DNA of 64,000 bases, from the NCBI GenBank assembly GCA_002269645.1, contig NIVC01003270.1, forward strand, positions 43,843 through 107,842, in the 5' to 3' direction. This stretch comes from Macrostomum lignano. Taxonomy: Eukaryota. Position 1 is the first letter of the stretch; each line of letters opens with the position of its first letter. Shown one piece after another: positions 1 to 12,484 of this stretch. The notes beneath the pieces are model-generated. The model was not told where the DNA came from. It ran no database searches and saw only the letters and a list, made by a program, of their open reading frames with translations. Both the position numbers and the translations under genes were made by a program.

Positions 1-3000
1 CTACTGATAGCCTAGAGCTAACTAGCATTAGCCAGGCCTCGCCATTAGTCTCCGCGGACAAAACAAAGAATCCGAATAAAATTAAACGAATGAAGAATAA
101 AAATCCAGGCCCCCGATTTGACTTGCTTCTGCCAGTCGCTATTTTTGTCTCTAATACCCCCGCGATATCTCCGCTGGCTTCGTGTTTCCCTCCCACCCAA
201 ACCCACGAACTGCGGAGCACCTATCCTATTCAGACATTGGTTCCCATGGACCTCGCCTATACACTCTATACAGGTCCTACAGAACGATATGGAAGCGGGA
301 CTTGGGCCTAATACCGGTACGAAATAATGGAAGCGCAGGGCTAGACGGAAGGGGGGGCAGGCGGAGAAAACGCAGATGTGGCGCTGCGCAGAAGGCCACC
401 AACTAGCCATATCTTCCTCTCGTTCCCTCACTGCCCCCCCCCCTGCACCAATAGCAATGTCCTGTCAGCGGCGAGCTATTAATAAGACAGGCCAGTTCCG
501 AATGGGTAACCAACCTGAACTAACCAGCCAACCAGCCTTAGAAAAAAACCCGAGCCATTAGTGTAGAAAAGCACGTTAAGGCGAAAAAGGACGGGACAAG
601 CGCTGCACGCGGTAACTGATATGCGCGTTCTTGTTCACAGGACCGGACATGAAAAATTGTGTTTTTTATCGGGAGCCAAGCCGGCAGTGTGGGACTGTCA
701 GCTGGGCCCCGTTCTGTCCCTGCGGCTACCAACCCTTGGCTCGTACTGCGGGCAAGCATTGCAGACAGATACAGGCAGTGCAGGACGCAAAGTGTATGTG
801 GGAACTCGAGTGCGGCCAATGCCGTGTACCAAAGCCAACGAACTGCACTAAGGGTTTCAATCTGCCTCCGATATGCGTAATTTTATGGCTATTTTTTCAA
901 GCTAACTAGCAACTGTAGCTTATCCACTGGCAACACGAAACGGGTCACTGGGCAAACAAGTTGTTTAATAATAATAATATATAATGTATGTTGCTTGTCT
1001 AAAACTAAACGTATAGAAAATATTTTTAGAAAGGATCGAACTCTACAGTTTCATATACTTTGCCCACAGTAAAATACATTCAGCAGCAAATGATGCCTAG
1101 AGCCAATCCTGCATAATTTGATGAAGTCCTAGGGACTGGAGGATACTGGAAAGGAAGGAGGTAATCGATTTTGTACAAGTTTAAGTCGCCGTCACTCTGT
1201 CTCCGTCCTACCCTAAAGACTAGACTCAGCCTCAACTCTGCTCAGCCAGTCAGTCAGTACAGAAACTCCAATTGAGTGCAGCAGAGAGAACATTTGAGAG
1301 ACGGCAGCTCCCAGTCTTCGAAAAAGTTTTGGAGACGAACTAACGGAGAGAGAAAAAAGTTAATTAGCTCGCTTCCGATCGAGATATAAGAGACCGAAGT
1401 ATTCCCGAGAATGAGAATTTCCAGGACACGGAAGGGATAAGAAAAATTGATGTGCTCGCACAGCATTTTAATAATGCAATAGCAAGTCCAGCACGTATGT
1501 ATTGCTTCGATTTTCCCTTCATCGAGCCAATACTCGAGCGGCAGCGCATCATGCAATCATAAATCGCATGCGGAATAGACGGGCACTAATGCCAGGGGAA
1601 GCAGGAATCGATGCAGGCACAGTTAACTGGGCAAACATTAAGGCAATTGCCTATAGAAGAAAGCTTGTTGCAGCATAAAGTCTAGTTAGAAAAGTTGTGC
1701 AGTATTGCCTAAGCTAGCCGAGCTAAAAATAGCAGAAACTGCAGTGTAATACTCGTATGTAGATTCTGTTGTGACCCAAACAGACCCGAAATGAGACTTA
1801 GGAGAGATTTGACAGCGGAAACTAAACCTTTCTTTTATGTCCGAAAGGCCCACACCGAAGCCTGCCCAGTCAAGATTAGGGTAAACATTCCTAGGAAATG
1901 AACATATACTAGGTACTAGAAAAATAGTATATGTAGATTTTTTCGCTAAAAGATATTTAATAAGGGGTTATCGATTGAACGCTAGCAATTAGTGTCGAAA
2001 GCATCGCAAACAGCACGGGTTTTTAGACAGACTAGCCAATATTTCAGGCCTGTGACGCGGCAACTTACCCCGATCTAGATCAACAGAGACCAGCGGCAAT
2101 GCTCGAGAGCGAAACGGGCCACCACCGCCAGAGTGCAGTACCAATAGCAGCACCACTTTGCGTCTAGCCGACAATGAGCTCCCGCCACTGTTGTTGCTGC
2201 TAGACAGCCACATACTCATGCGGCCTCTGCCGCCGCTGGCGGGCCTGCGACCAAAGTAGCGTCTGCGCGATTCGGGCAGAGGACTGGCAAGACAAGCGGG
2301 ATCTAACAGCGGCCTAGGATGCGAAAAGCTTGGCCAACAGCTGGCAGACAGAGGGGTCAAGTAAGAGGACGGTAGATAGCCTAGCCGACCAGCGGATGCG
2401 ACTGTAGTCGATAACAGCCGGAACAGACGGATGCGAAGAAGCCGCTTGATTAGTGGAGGCAACGGGCGCTCGGGGGAAGCATAGTGCGACCCCTTCCCGT
2501 GCAGCCCTGCCCTCCACCCCGCTGAAGCAAAGGCTAGCGGTACGCGATGCCAATTGTTGCCTTGCCCTCCTCGTCTTCACACACTCCTGTTCGCGTATTT
2601 TCTTCAGGCTTTGGCACCTTAGTTATTTCTTCGGCAAGAGCGGCGACTGTAGCCTCTAGCGTGGCTTTCCGTTGATTTCTATTCGTTCTCGCTCGGGTCC
2701 ATGCTGCGCACTTTATAATACCGCCTCTCACTATGCACCCATGTGCACATAGAAGATAGGGTAGTAGATTGGGCAGTATTTTCCGTCCACAGAATACTTT
2801 TGAACGATGGCGCGAGCGCACGGGCGTCTCAGATACTTGGCAATTAAGCGGGGCTGTCTGTCAACGTATTCGATTCATGGCGGGAAAATATTGATGACTG
2901 GACTTCAAGACGCATGCTCCATAACGGCGCGCTTTAGCTGGATATTTGCAGCAGCCACAGGGCTCGGATTAACTGAAGGTTGCGCGTAACGCTAACATGG

Positions 3001-6000
3001 GATTTTTCGCTAATGCGTTATTTTTGCCAGAAAGGAGCAATTGAACCTCTTTGCGTTCAGCACGACCAAATGCGGCCAGAACAGAGGGCAGTCGGCCTCA
3101 GCAACCGCTGCGTCTGTTTTTCTACCCTTCAAGAGTGCAGAGTATAGAATGAGTCAACGCGGCGCTGGCGGAGTACGGGGCCAGCCAAGAGCAGGACGAG
3201 CAAAGGGGAACGGGATAGCAGGATGGATTTGCTGCGAATGCCGCTGTCGAATATAAATCGAATCCACAAAACGGGCGGACGGCCCAAGGGAAAGGGGGTA
3301 GGAATAGAGAGAGCGGCAGGCGAGTCAGCGAGATGGGAAAGGGCCACTAGTAGAAGCAGGCTCTAGGCAAGGGGGCAGGGACTAGAAGGGGGAATTTAGA
3401 AGACCGCCACGAGGGATTAATCAAGGGACGCCGGGTGGTTGGAAAGAGAAAAAGAGCGCAAGAGATGAGGGGGCGGTAGCGGCAGACGCAAATCCGAGTG
3501 CAGAGTCGCTAATGCGAGCAGCGCCTTGAATAACAGCCGGATAGGAGCAAGCACGAATGGAGAGCAGCGTATTTCTTTACTAGCACAACTTCCTTGCTTC
3601 GCGGTTTTTTTTCTTTTCTTAGTAACGTTAAGCTAGACTGAAGCGTCTTTGCGGGAGGCAAGGTTCCTCTCAGGAGGGGGTACGGAGCTGAAAATCCGGC
3701 AGAGACGAGATTCGGGGAGTCGGGGTAATAAAGGGGATGGAAAAAATATGGAATGTCAGTGTAGAGGATACACGAGGCCTTTACAGCGCAGGCGATTCTT
3801 TGATGCGGAAGGCAACCACTTGTGACGAGGAGCGAAGGGGAAGCCTTCAGACTACCTCGGGCAGTTGGGCAGCTGCAGGCTCGAAGCGGACTGGCGAATC
3901 CAAGTTAGTTCTTAGATGCTGAATGAATAACTTTAGTCTGCCTCGCCAACTCGTCGGTTTTTCCACAAAATTGTTTGCTTTAGGACTGGATGGAATTCTT
4001 TTGGCCGCCAACACAGACTTGATGAATGCGTACGCAAGGCAGAGGAATTCCAAAGTTGTCTTTAATGTAAATCGGTATAGACAATCAGTTGAAAATTGCA
4101 AACGCTTGCTGTGGAGCTTCTTTTACTGTTGGGCTTCTCTCGGTGAGCAGATTAATTCAGTTGCTAGCCAAAATTTTAATTTAGTCTGACACGCACAGCA
4201 GAACGACGATCTAGTGAAATGCAGAACTTTCTCTTCGGAATATTTGATAATATACAACAATGAGTGACAAACTTTGAGTCTCACACCCGAGCTCCTCTTA
4301 TATGCAGAATTACGCTTCTCCGCCTGTTGCAGCAGTAACGAAAGCAGAAAAAGCTCGCAATAAAAGCAGAAAACTGAGTGGGTGGAGACTAAAAGGCGCC
4401 TGTGCGCAGGCGTGTGGACTAATGAACGAAGAATGAATAGAGAAGGAATGAGCGACCGCTTCTTTTAGCTTGAAGCAAATAGAAGATGCAGAAGGGAAAA
4501 GAGGAGAGACTGGGGGAAGGCCGGAGACGGGTCGTGTTCAGACCTGACGCGCAGACTGGACAGAATGCAGACAGACGGAGAGTGTGGAGGAGAGAAAGGG
4601 ACTTGGGTCGCTGGTTGCCTACACCAGAAACTAGCCCCGCACTGATGTGTCTGTCTACAGGGGGAGGAAGGAAAGATAGGCAGGGAGAATGCTCGCGACG
4701 AAGGCAACACACAGGGAACGTTTCCAAAGTGCTCGGAGCTGGAGGGAGAGAGTAGGATTAAAAATCAGACAGAAATGAGCAGTTCGAAGAGTCTAAATGG
4801 AATTATAGTCGAACAAAGAAGACAAATTAGGACAAAAGTGAAGCAATTTAACGGCTAGAACTGTTAAAAAGATGCAACTGTACTCTAGATGCTCAAGTAG
4901 AGTAACTACAGAGAGTGCGAAAAGCACTAGACTCAAGAGCGGACTTCTTTACGCGAACTTAGCTGCAAGAGCCTATTGAAAAGATTTTTTAGGAAAGCGA
5001 AATTGTCTTCTTTACTGATTCGAAAAGCTGCGCTGTGTTCCTCATATGATGCATCGCGTGTCGAAGTACACTCGATCTTCTGAGCCGGGACCAGCAACAA
5101 AGTTCTATTAGACTGATCAACGGACGAGACTTCTCGGTATATTCGATCTTATCAAGGGTGCCTGATGAAGCTGAGCAGTTTCTGCTATCGAGACACTGCT
5201 CCAGGTTTAAACGTCCCAAAGATGGCTGATAAGAAACACGAGTGTAGAAATCCAATACCACCGAACGAAATAGGAAGCTTATGTTGTTGGACGCTTGAAG
5301 TAGCCGCTTGAAGCGCTGCCGCGTGAACTGAATGCAAACAGCAGGCGGAAGACAGGCCGGGCTTTGCGGGCAGCGCAAATTAAAATTCCACGAGTGACTC
5401 CCATCTCCCAGCCTGCACTCACACATCTTAAGGCATTCAGTCCGGTTCAACAAATCCACATATTTCTACCCTGTGGAAGATGTATACGCCCGCAGAAAAT
5501 AGCAACGGGAGTTATACTTTACAAGTGAAAAAGCCGCATTTTAAAACCCAGGAATGCAGGCCAAACGCCCATAAAAGCCTTAGGTCTTAATCGATAGCTC
5601 GAAAGAAAGGAAAATTACAACCAAGGCGCATGCGAAAGTCGCTACAGTTGGCTTCCAAGCAGCAATAGCGAAGCGCTCACCGCAGACTCAGACTATTAAG
5701 TATGTCAGCCAAGGGTCGGGACTGGAATATTTTGATAGAAAATGCACGACGGGAGACAGAAGCGACTCAAATGGAGAGGAAACAAGGCGTACTTTTGAGT
5801 AACTAAATAACCCCAAGAGCAGAGGAACTTCGACTCGCTACACTTTCTTTTCTTATAGATAAGCAGGAGGCCGTCGAAGGTACGTATATTTTTCGCATCA
5901 CAAGTGCATTTTGCAAAATTAAGAATGTGAGCACTGGTATTTTTGGTTTGGTAAGCGACATTTTTTGCCTGGCATCAGGAATCGTCAAGCTCTTAAAAAA

Positions 6001-8600
6001 TAGCAACGATTTATTTTTTAAAAATCGATTTAGACGAAAATTGGTCGATAAATGAGAAAATGTGCATTTAATTAACAGTCGATTGCAGTCTTGCAGAGCG
6101 CTCACAGTGCACAGTGCTCATGTGTACACCTAGAATACTCTAATGAGGGCACTGGCACTATGATTGTAAAGTTGCTTAAATGTACATTTTCTGACTTTCA
6201 TTGACCCGTTTTCGTCTAAATTGATATAAATGATAATAATATTTTTTTTGTCTTTTAGGGTTATTATTGTTGCTCATTTTTAGGAGCCTGACGATGCCTG
6301 ACGCGAGGCAAAACATGTCACTTAGCTCGTGCGAAAAATCTAGTGCTCACATTCGTAATTTTACTAGGGCATTTTCCAAGCCGATTGAGCCTAGGAGCAA
6401 GCAATTTAATCCTTAGTGGGAAAATAAAGCTATCAGGAAAATCAAGCAATCGGGGCGACGTAACGAAAAATTTCTGAACAAAGCTGCCACAGTATCTATT
6501 GGTTTTACCTGGTCTTACAATGCCAAGATTGAGAAATTTAGCTCGAACTGCAAGCCAAGCAGCCAAACAGAAGCCAGACACCGATCGAGTGGAAGCAACT
6601 TCAAAGGGGACGCCGCCAACGTGGAGATCACCTTCCAGTAAAAACAGCAGGGCAGGCGGCAGCTCCAAAGGTACCAACAGAACCTGCTGTCCATCCATGC
6701 CATCGGAGACTTCAAATTATAATAATCAGACAAACTCATATACTGACAAGTCGACTGTATTTATCAAGGACAAGTTGGCAGTAAGTTCTACCATTCTGTT
6801 TCGATCTTCTTCGTTGACAACAGTCAGATAGTAGCACTAAGAAGTCGGTGTATGATTTTTTAATAATAAATTCTGCTCTTCTGCTCAACAAGCGCAACTC
6901 GGTCTCTCTCTATAAGCGGAGAAGACTGCACTCCTTGCTCACACTGTGCGTGCCGCGAGCATTTCCGACAGTGCACGACTCTCGGACAACTTCCTGCCGT
7001 CTCAAGCCAGCAAGTCTTGCCCTGTCCGCCTGTTGTACTCAGATTGCTGAGACGGCGCTGGTTGAACTATGGGGGTTGGGCGATCTCAGCAAAGAAAAGT
7101 AACAGCTTACGCGCCAAAGGGAAGAAAAATGAAGCATTGGATGAGCTGCCAGATAAGAACACGAACATGTGCATAGAAATCCCATATAGACAGCCATTAG
7201 CTGCTCTGGTGGAAGAGAATGGAAAGGGGAGTAAGCATAATTGGTGCGCGGTGGCCCAATGAACAAAATGCTTATGGAATTTGGAGGTAGCTACACGCGA
7301 CTGGGAGAACTCAAACGTGACAGAGAGCTCAGAGTGGGGAGAGAAAGGGAGTTCACTACTTGGGCAGCATTGATCAGCTCATAAATACATTGGGGACACG
7401 AGGCATTGGACGAACCTCAACTCAGGAAACACGTGACTCATGCAACCCCTCAAAGTACTCAAAGGTGAAAATATTTTTGCACGCTTACTCACATGTTGAC
7501 TGATTTCTCAGGGAGACGGCTCAGAGCACAGACAAACAGGTAGACTGGGATATTGGGACCACAGGCCAGATCTATCCGGCCATCGGGTAGTTTGAAACTT
7601 CACAACAGCAATTTAAACTGTTCAGGGTTTATATCTTCTCTCAGGTCCCTCCTCTCCCCTCTCCTTTATATTAGGTCATACCAGGATCATTTTAACTTTA
7701 CAAGTCTCTTCTTAGCTATCTTCTTTATAATAGCTTTTCTTCTTTCTCCTCTCTCATTACATTCTTTCTTCCTTATCTCTCCTTTATTCTCCCTTGTATT
7801 CTCATTGACATTTTCTTCATTCTCAGCTGACCCGCTAAGAACTGGAGAACCAAAAAGTCAATCCTACGATACCCTAGCCCAAAACCGCAAAGAACACAGC
7901 CTGAACTGATAGCTAAAACTACACAAGAGAAAATAAATAGAAAACACAGACTGACACAAACAAGTACAGTGCCGCCTCAAGCCTTTCAATTTGTTCTTAG
8001 CTGAACACACAGAGAGAGATGGAACAGCATAGAAACGCAGCGGGCAATTGAGCAGCTTTATATCAGATATAAAGCTGAATATGCAAACAATTGGTTTAAT
8101 GTATTTTTGTAATTAGTAATTAAAAATGATTTTGCAGGTGCATTGGTAAACAATATAATAGGAACTTTACACTTCGCGCGCCCGGGTGAGACTTGAGGAA
8201 CAAAGAAAAGGGAAAGATGGGCTGGGGGGAGTCAAGAAGCTTTTTCAAGTCTCCAAGCCGCTGATGCAACAGAGAAGAGCTTAGAAAACTAGCAGGCCTG
8301 GCGATTTCACAATTTAACAATTTTAGGCGACAAAAAACAAAAAAAATGCTAAAAACTGCGACTCTCAATCAGGCAATACATTTGGCTCTACTAACAGTAG
8401 CCTGATGCGGACATGAACTGAGCTCTGCATTCAATATGAGAATTTAATAGCCACAGAAACAGGCCTGGGATGCCCGGTCTGCTCAGGTCAAATTTCTAAT
8501 GTTATACTAATATAAATTAGTCTTAACTAAACAAGAAAAGCGACAGTCAATGAAGAATAACACCCCAGATACGGCACAGCTGGGGTAGTTAGATGGAGAA
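1..8600. mobile_element. Probable cluster of decayed non-LTR retroelement fragments (LINE/Penelope-like)
   Basis: No intact gene. Only faint motifs: KVYVG (789-803, GIY-YIG-like), LYRFTLKTTLEF...RGRLKLF (3847-4101 -, CR1-like C-terminus), and hammerhead-like bits. Confidence 0.3.
6288..6319 (+). ncRNA. Minimal hammerhead-ribozyme-like motif (probably inactive, Penelope-type)
   Basis: CTGACGA-T-GCCT-gacgcg-AGGC-AAAA-CATGTC. The core matches CUGANGA/stem II/GAAA/palindromic ACAUGU except G>A in GAAA. Stem I is poor. Confidence 0.45.
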
Positions 8601-8698
8601 GAAATGCAAATTTCCATCATGCATTCTAAACACAATCGAATTGAAATATGAATGATTATTTATTATTCATGGGTTAATCTCCCACGGCCTCCAACAGG

Positions 8699-8837
8699 AA
8701 GGGGTTGGCAAACTGTTTTCCTCAAAAGTCCAGATAGAGAAGAGAGACAGACCGGATCGATATTGTGAAGTTTTAAAAAGGCCCGTGGGCCGGTTGGAGA
8801 GGCTTCGCGGGCCGCATGTGGAGTTTGCCAACCCCTG
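8699..8837. mobile_element. hAT(Charlie)-like MITE
   Basis: 15-bp TIR AGGGGTTGGCAAACT / AGTTTGCCAACCCCT and internal GGCCCG..GGGCCG motifs. No 8-bp TSD found. Confidence 0.6.
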
Positions 8838-9121
8838 GGCCCAGAGGGTGACAACCGGGCCATGCCACAGAGTACCTGAATGCAGTATAGAGGCACAATA
8901 GAGTGAGAAAGCAAACACTGCATTACCCCAGAAGTAATCAGCAAATTAGTTCTAAGCGAATTAATTTAACACAATAAGCAGATAAACTGAGCCCAGTATT
9001 TCTTATCAACAGTGTTTTTTAGACTAAATTAAGAGAGAGAAGAAATTGCTACCCCAGTTGGGAACGAATGAGACAGGTGAGACAGAGGGGGGGGGGATAG
9101 GACAGGAGGGTTGGGGCACAT

Positions 9122-10351
9122 TCAGTCATGCAGCTGGGCAATGAGCCGCTCTCTCTCCTTCTCCAGCTCGCCCTCGCTCAGGTCCATGCTGTCCGAGGCG
9201 TTCAGCGCCGCCTGCGACTCCTTCGGCGGTGCATCGTCGGCAGCAGTCTTCGAGGAGCCGCCACCGCGACCTCCGCGCTCGTCACCGGAGGCTGCCGACG
9301 ACCGGCTGGAATGTCGGCGCGCGCGCTTCCCGACCGCCGCTGACGACGAGGCGCCGGAGTGGCGCCGACTCCGGTGCTGCCGGCGCCGCGAGCCGCCGCT
9401 TTCCTCGCCGTCGTCAGGCAAGTCATCGCCGCCGCCGCCGCCATCGTCGCGTTTTCGTTTCCGACTACTGCCGCCGCCGCTGGAGGACTTGCCCTCCTTT
9501 CTGTGTTTCTTCTGCTCCTTCTCTTTCTTGTCCTTTTTCTTCTTTTTCTTCTCGCCACCAGCGTCGCCCTCGCCGTCGTCGGAATGCCGACTCTGCTTTT
9601 TCTTCTTCTTTTTGGCTTTTTTGTCGCGCTCGCCGCCGGAGTCCGCCTTCTCGCCGTCCAAGTCGCCGTCGCTGTTTCGACGCGACTTCTTGCGGTCTTT
9701 GTCCTTAGACCGGTGGTCCTTGTCCTTGTCGGCCTCGCGGTCGCGGTCTTTCTTTTTCTTCTTTTTCTTGCTCCCAGCCGCGGCGCCCGTGCCGCCAGAC
9801 GCTGCGGATGCCGCCGGTTCGGCGAGGCTCTTCAAGAAGTCCTTGAACACGATGAGGCGCTCGGACTCCAGCGGGATGGCCTGGAAGCAGTCGGCCTGGC
9901 CGAATCTCTCCCTGACGGTGTCCCAGCTGGTGCTGGCGTCAACAGGCGGATCGGCCGAGAACAGCAGCTCCTTGAAGGCCTCGGCATGGCGCTGCATCTT
10001 GCGGCGCTCCTCTGCACGCTTCTCCTGCTCGATGCAGCGCGCCTTCTCCTGCAGGCTGTCGAAGCTGCGCTCCACGTTGCCGGGGTCCAGCGAGCGGCCG
10101 CGCTCGTCCGAAGCGATCAGGCGAAGGAAATCCTCCAGCGCGGTGTCCGGGCAGATGCTGAACGCGCGGTCCTTCATGATCTCCTTCACGATGCGCTTCT
10201 CCTCGGGGAATCGTTTCTTCAGATCGTCCACGTAGAATTTGAACAGGTCCAGCGGCGTGGAGCCCTGCTGGCACAGCATCTGGTCGAAACGACGGTCGCG
10301 GCAGATGTCGCGGAAGCAGTCTTTCCATAGGGAGTTCGCAGTGAGCCGGCC
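9122..10351 (-). CDS. PRPF40A: PRPF40A homolog, exon 3 (FF domains, Lys/Arg/Ser-rich tail)
   Basis: Acceptor atccccag|GGCCGG. Reads GRLTANSLW...QGSTPLDLFKFYVDDLK and ends DLSEGELEKERERLIAQL*, matching the PRP40 family C-terminus. Joined CDS ~920 aa. Confidence 0.93.
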   Translation of the reverse strand, partial: GRLTANSLWKDCFRDICRDRRFDQMLCQQGSTPLDLFKFYVDDLKKRFPEEKRIVKEIMKDRAFSICPDTALEDFLRLIASDERGRSLDPGNVERSFDSLQEKARCIEQEKRAEERRKMQRHAEAFKELLFSADPPVDASTSWDTVRERFGQADCFQAIPLESERLIVFKDFLKSLAEPAASAASGGTGAAAGSKKKKKKKDRDREADKDKDHRSKDKDRKKSRRNSDGDLDGEKADSGGERDKKAKKKKKKQSRHSDDGEGDAGGEKKKKKKDKKEKEQKKHRKEGKSSSGGGSSRKRKRDDGGGGGDDLPDDGEESGGSRRRQHRSRRHSGASSSAAVGKRARRHSSRSSAASGDERGGRGGGSSKTAADDAPPKESQAALNASDSMDLSEGELEKERERLIAQLHD

Positions 10352-10418
10352 CTGGGGATTGGCAGGAAATGCAAATAGACATTCATTATAGGAGCTTTGC
10401 TTTGCTTGTCTATTCTCC

Positions 10419-11170
10419 TCAGTGACAGATCTACTCCAATCAGTGACAATCTACTTTAATCAGTGACAGATCTACTTCAATCAGTGACAGATCCACTCTC
10501 ATCAGTGACAGATCCGCTCCCATCAGTGACAGATCCACTCTCATCAGTGACGGATCCACTCCCATCAGTGACAGATCCACTCCCATCAGTGACAGATCGA
10601 CTCTCATCAGTGACAGATCTACTTCAATCAGTGACAGATCCATTCTCATCAGTGACAGATCTACTCCAATCAGTGACAGATCGACTCCCATCAGTGACAG
10701 ATCCACTCCCATCAGTGACAGATCCACTCCCATCAGTTACAGATCCACTCCAATCAGTGCCAGATCCACTCCAATCAGTGACAGATCCACTCCAATCAGT
10801 GACAGATCTACTCCCATCAGTGACAGATCTACTCCCATCAGTGACAGATCCACTCCCGTCAGTGACAGATCCACTCCCGTCAGTGACAGATCTACTGCCA
10901 TCAGTGACAGATCTACTCCCATCAGTGACAGATCCACTCCCATCAGTGACAGATCCACTCCCGTCAGTGGCAGATCCACTCCAATCAGTGACATATCCAC
11001 TCCCATCAGTGACAGATCCACTCCCGTCAGTGACAGATCCACTCCCGTCAGTGACAGATCCACTCCCGTCAGTGACAGATCCACTCCCATCAGTGACAGA
11101 TCCACTCCCGTCAGTGACAGATCCACTCCCGTCAGTGGCAGATCCACTGCCGTCAGTGACAGATCCGCTC
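10419..11170. repeat. 21-bp minisatellite (ATCAGTGACAGATCCACTCCC), ~36 copies, PRPF40A intron 2
   Basis: Tandem units read directly. Explains the (SVTDPLP)n ORFs in the track. Confidence 0.97.
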
Positions 11171-11174
11171 ATAC

Positions 11175-11669
11175 CTGGTCATGCAGCTCGTCCAACAGCA
11201 CAACGAAGGCCTCTCTATTCTTCCTCTCCTGCCGCCGCTGCCTCAGCTGGTTCTCCTCTTTCTTATCGTCCTCCTCTTTCTCCAGGCGGGTGACGTGTTT
11301 CTGAAAGCAGATCAGCGCGTCCTCCTTGTCCATGTCCAGCAGCTCGCGGTCGGAGCGGAAGCTGGCGCTATTGCTGAGCATCTGCTGTGCCTCAGTCCAG
11401 GTGGTCAGGTAGTTCATCTCCTTCATACCTGCCAGAATCTCACCGAACCGTTCGATATTCCTGCGCTGCAGGGCTCGCTGCGCCTCCCGCTCGCGCTTGT
11501 CAATCTCGCGCACCGCGTCATCGAAGATGTCCCTGCGGTCCCGTTCGGGGACGGCCGTCCAGACGCGCAGATCGACGAACATCTTCTCGGCTGTGCGGTA
11601 CTTTGTGCTGGAAGTGATTGGCGCCGTCTGCAGCAGGAACTGCTCCAGGTCTTCGCGGGCCTTCTTGAT
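11175..11669 (-). CDS. PRPF40A: PRPF40A homolog, exon 2 (FF domains)
   Basis: Acceptor ctcgcag|ATCAAG, donor CAG|GTATGA. 495 nt, phase 0/0. Reads [12 protein letters not shown]...RDRRDIFDD...[12 protein letters not shown]. Confidence 0.92.
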
Positions 11670-11699
11670 CTGCGAGGGTTTGACAAGAAAGCATTGATG

Positions 11700-12310
11700 G
11701 ATTAGTATAAGCATGTATAAGCATTTCAGCAGATATAAACACCCGATTTCAGCTATTATAAACACCCCATTTTAGCATGGATAAACACCCGATACAGCAG
11801 ATATAAACACTCGATTAAGTTTTTATAAACACCCAATTTAAGCATATAAAAACACCCAATTAAGTTTATATAAACACCCGATTTCAGCATAGATAAACAC
11901 TTTTTAGCATATATAAACACATGATTTCAGCAGATATAAACACAAAAGTTTAGCATATATAAACACCTGATTTTAGCTGATATAAACACCCGATTTCATC
12001 ATAGATATACACACTTTTTTATCATAGATAAACACTTGATTTCAGCATAGATAAACACTTGATTTCAGCATAGATAAACACTCAATTTCAGCATATATAA
12101 GCATCCAATTTTAGCAGACATAAACACGGATATCAGCATAGATAAACAACCGATTTGAGCAAATATAAACACACGATTTCAGCAGATAAAAACACAAAAT
12201 TTTAGCATCTATAAACACCTGATTTTAGCTGATATAAACACCCGATTTCAGTGTATATAAACCCAATTCAGGCGAATAAACACTCAATTTCAGCAGCTAT
12301 AAAATCAATT
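11700..12310. repeat. Degenerate 21-23-bp tandem repeat (GATTTCAGCATAGATAAACAC), PRPF40A intron 1
   Basis: ATAAACAC and TTAGCA/TCAGCA cores recur about every 22 bp. Confidence 0.85.
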
Positions 12311-12484
12311 TTTTAATCTATTCATCTAAACACCGAATTGATGCTCTAATAAAAACATCAACTCAACTTAAGCCTCTCAAAACACAATTAAAGATTGCAA
12401 AAACACTCTGATAAGGCTCTCTATAAACAAACACCCAATAGATGCCTTAAAGAGAATCAAAATAAAGATTCAACTGAAACCAAC

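Noticed and set aside
9111-10330. Long + strand ORFs (374 aa, 323 aa)
   Set aside because: Antisense shadows of the GC-rich PRPF40A exon. The same applies to + strand ORFs over 12395-13474 and 15656-16675.
10440-11293. ORFs of up to 276 aa such as (SVTDPLP)n
   Set aside because: They are stop-free frames of the 21-bp intronic minisatellite inside PRPF40A intron 2.
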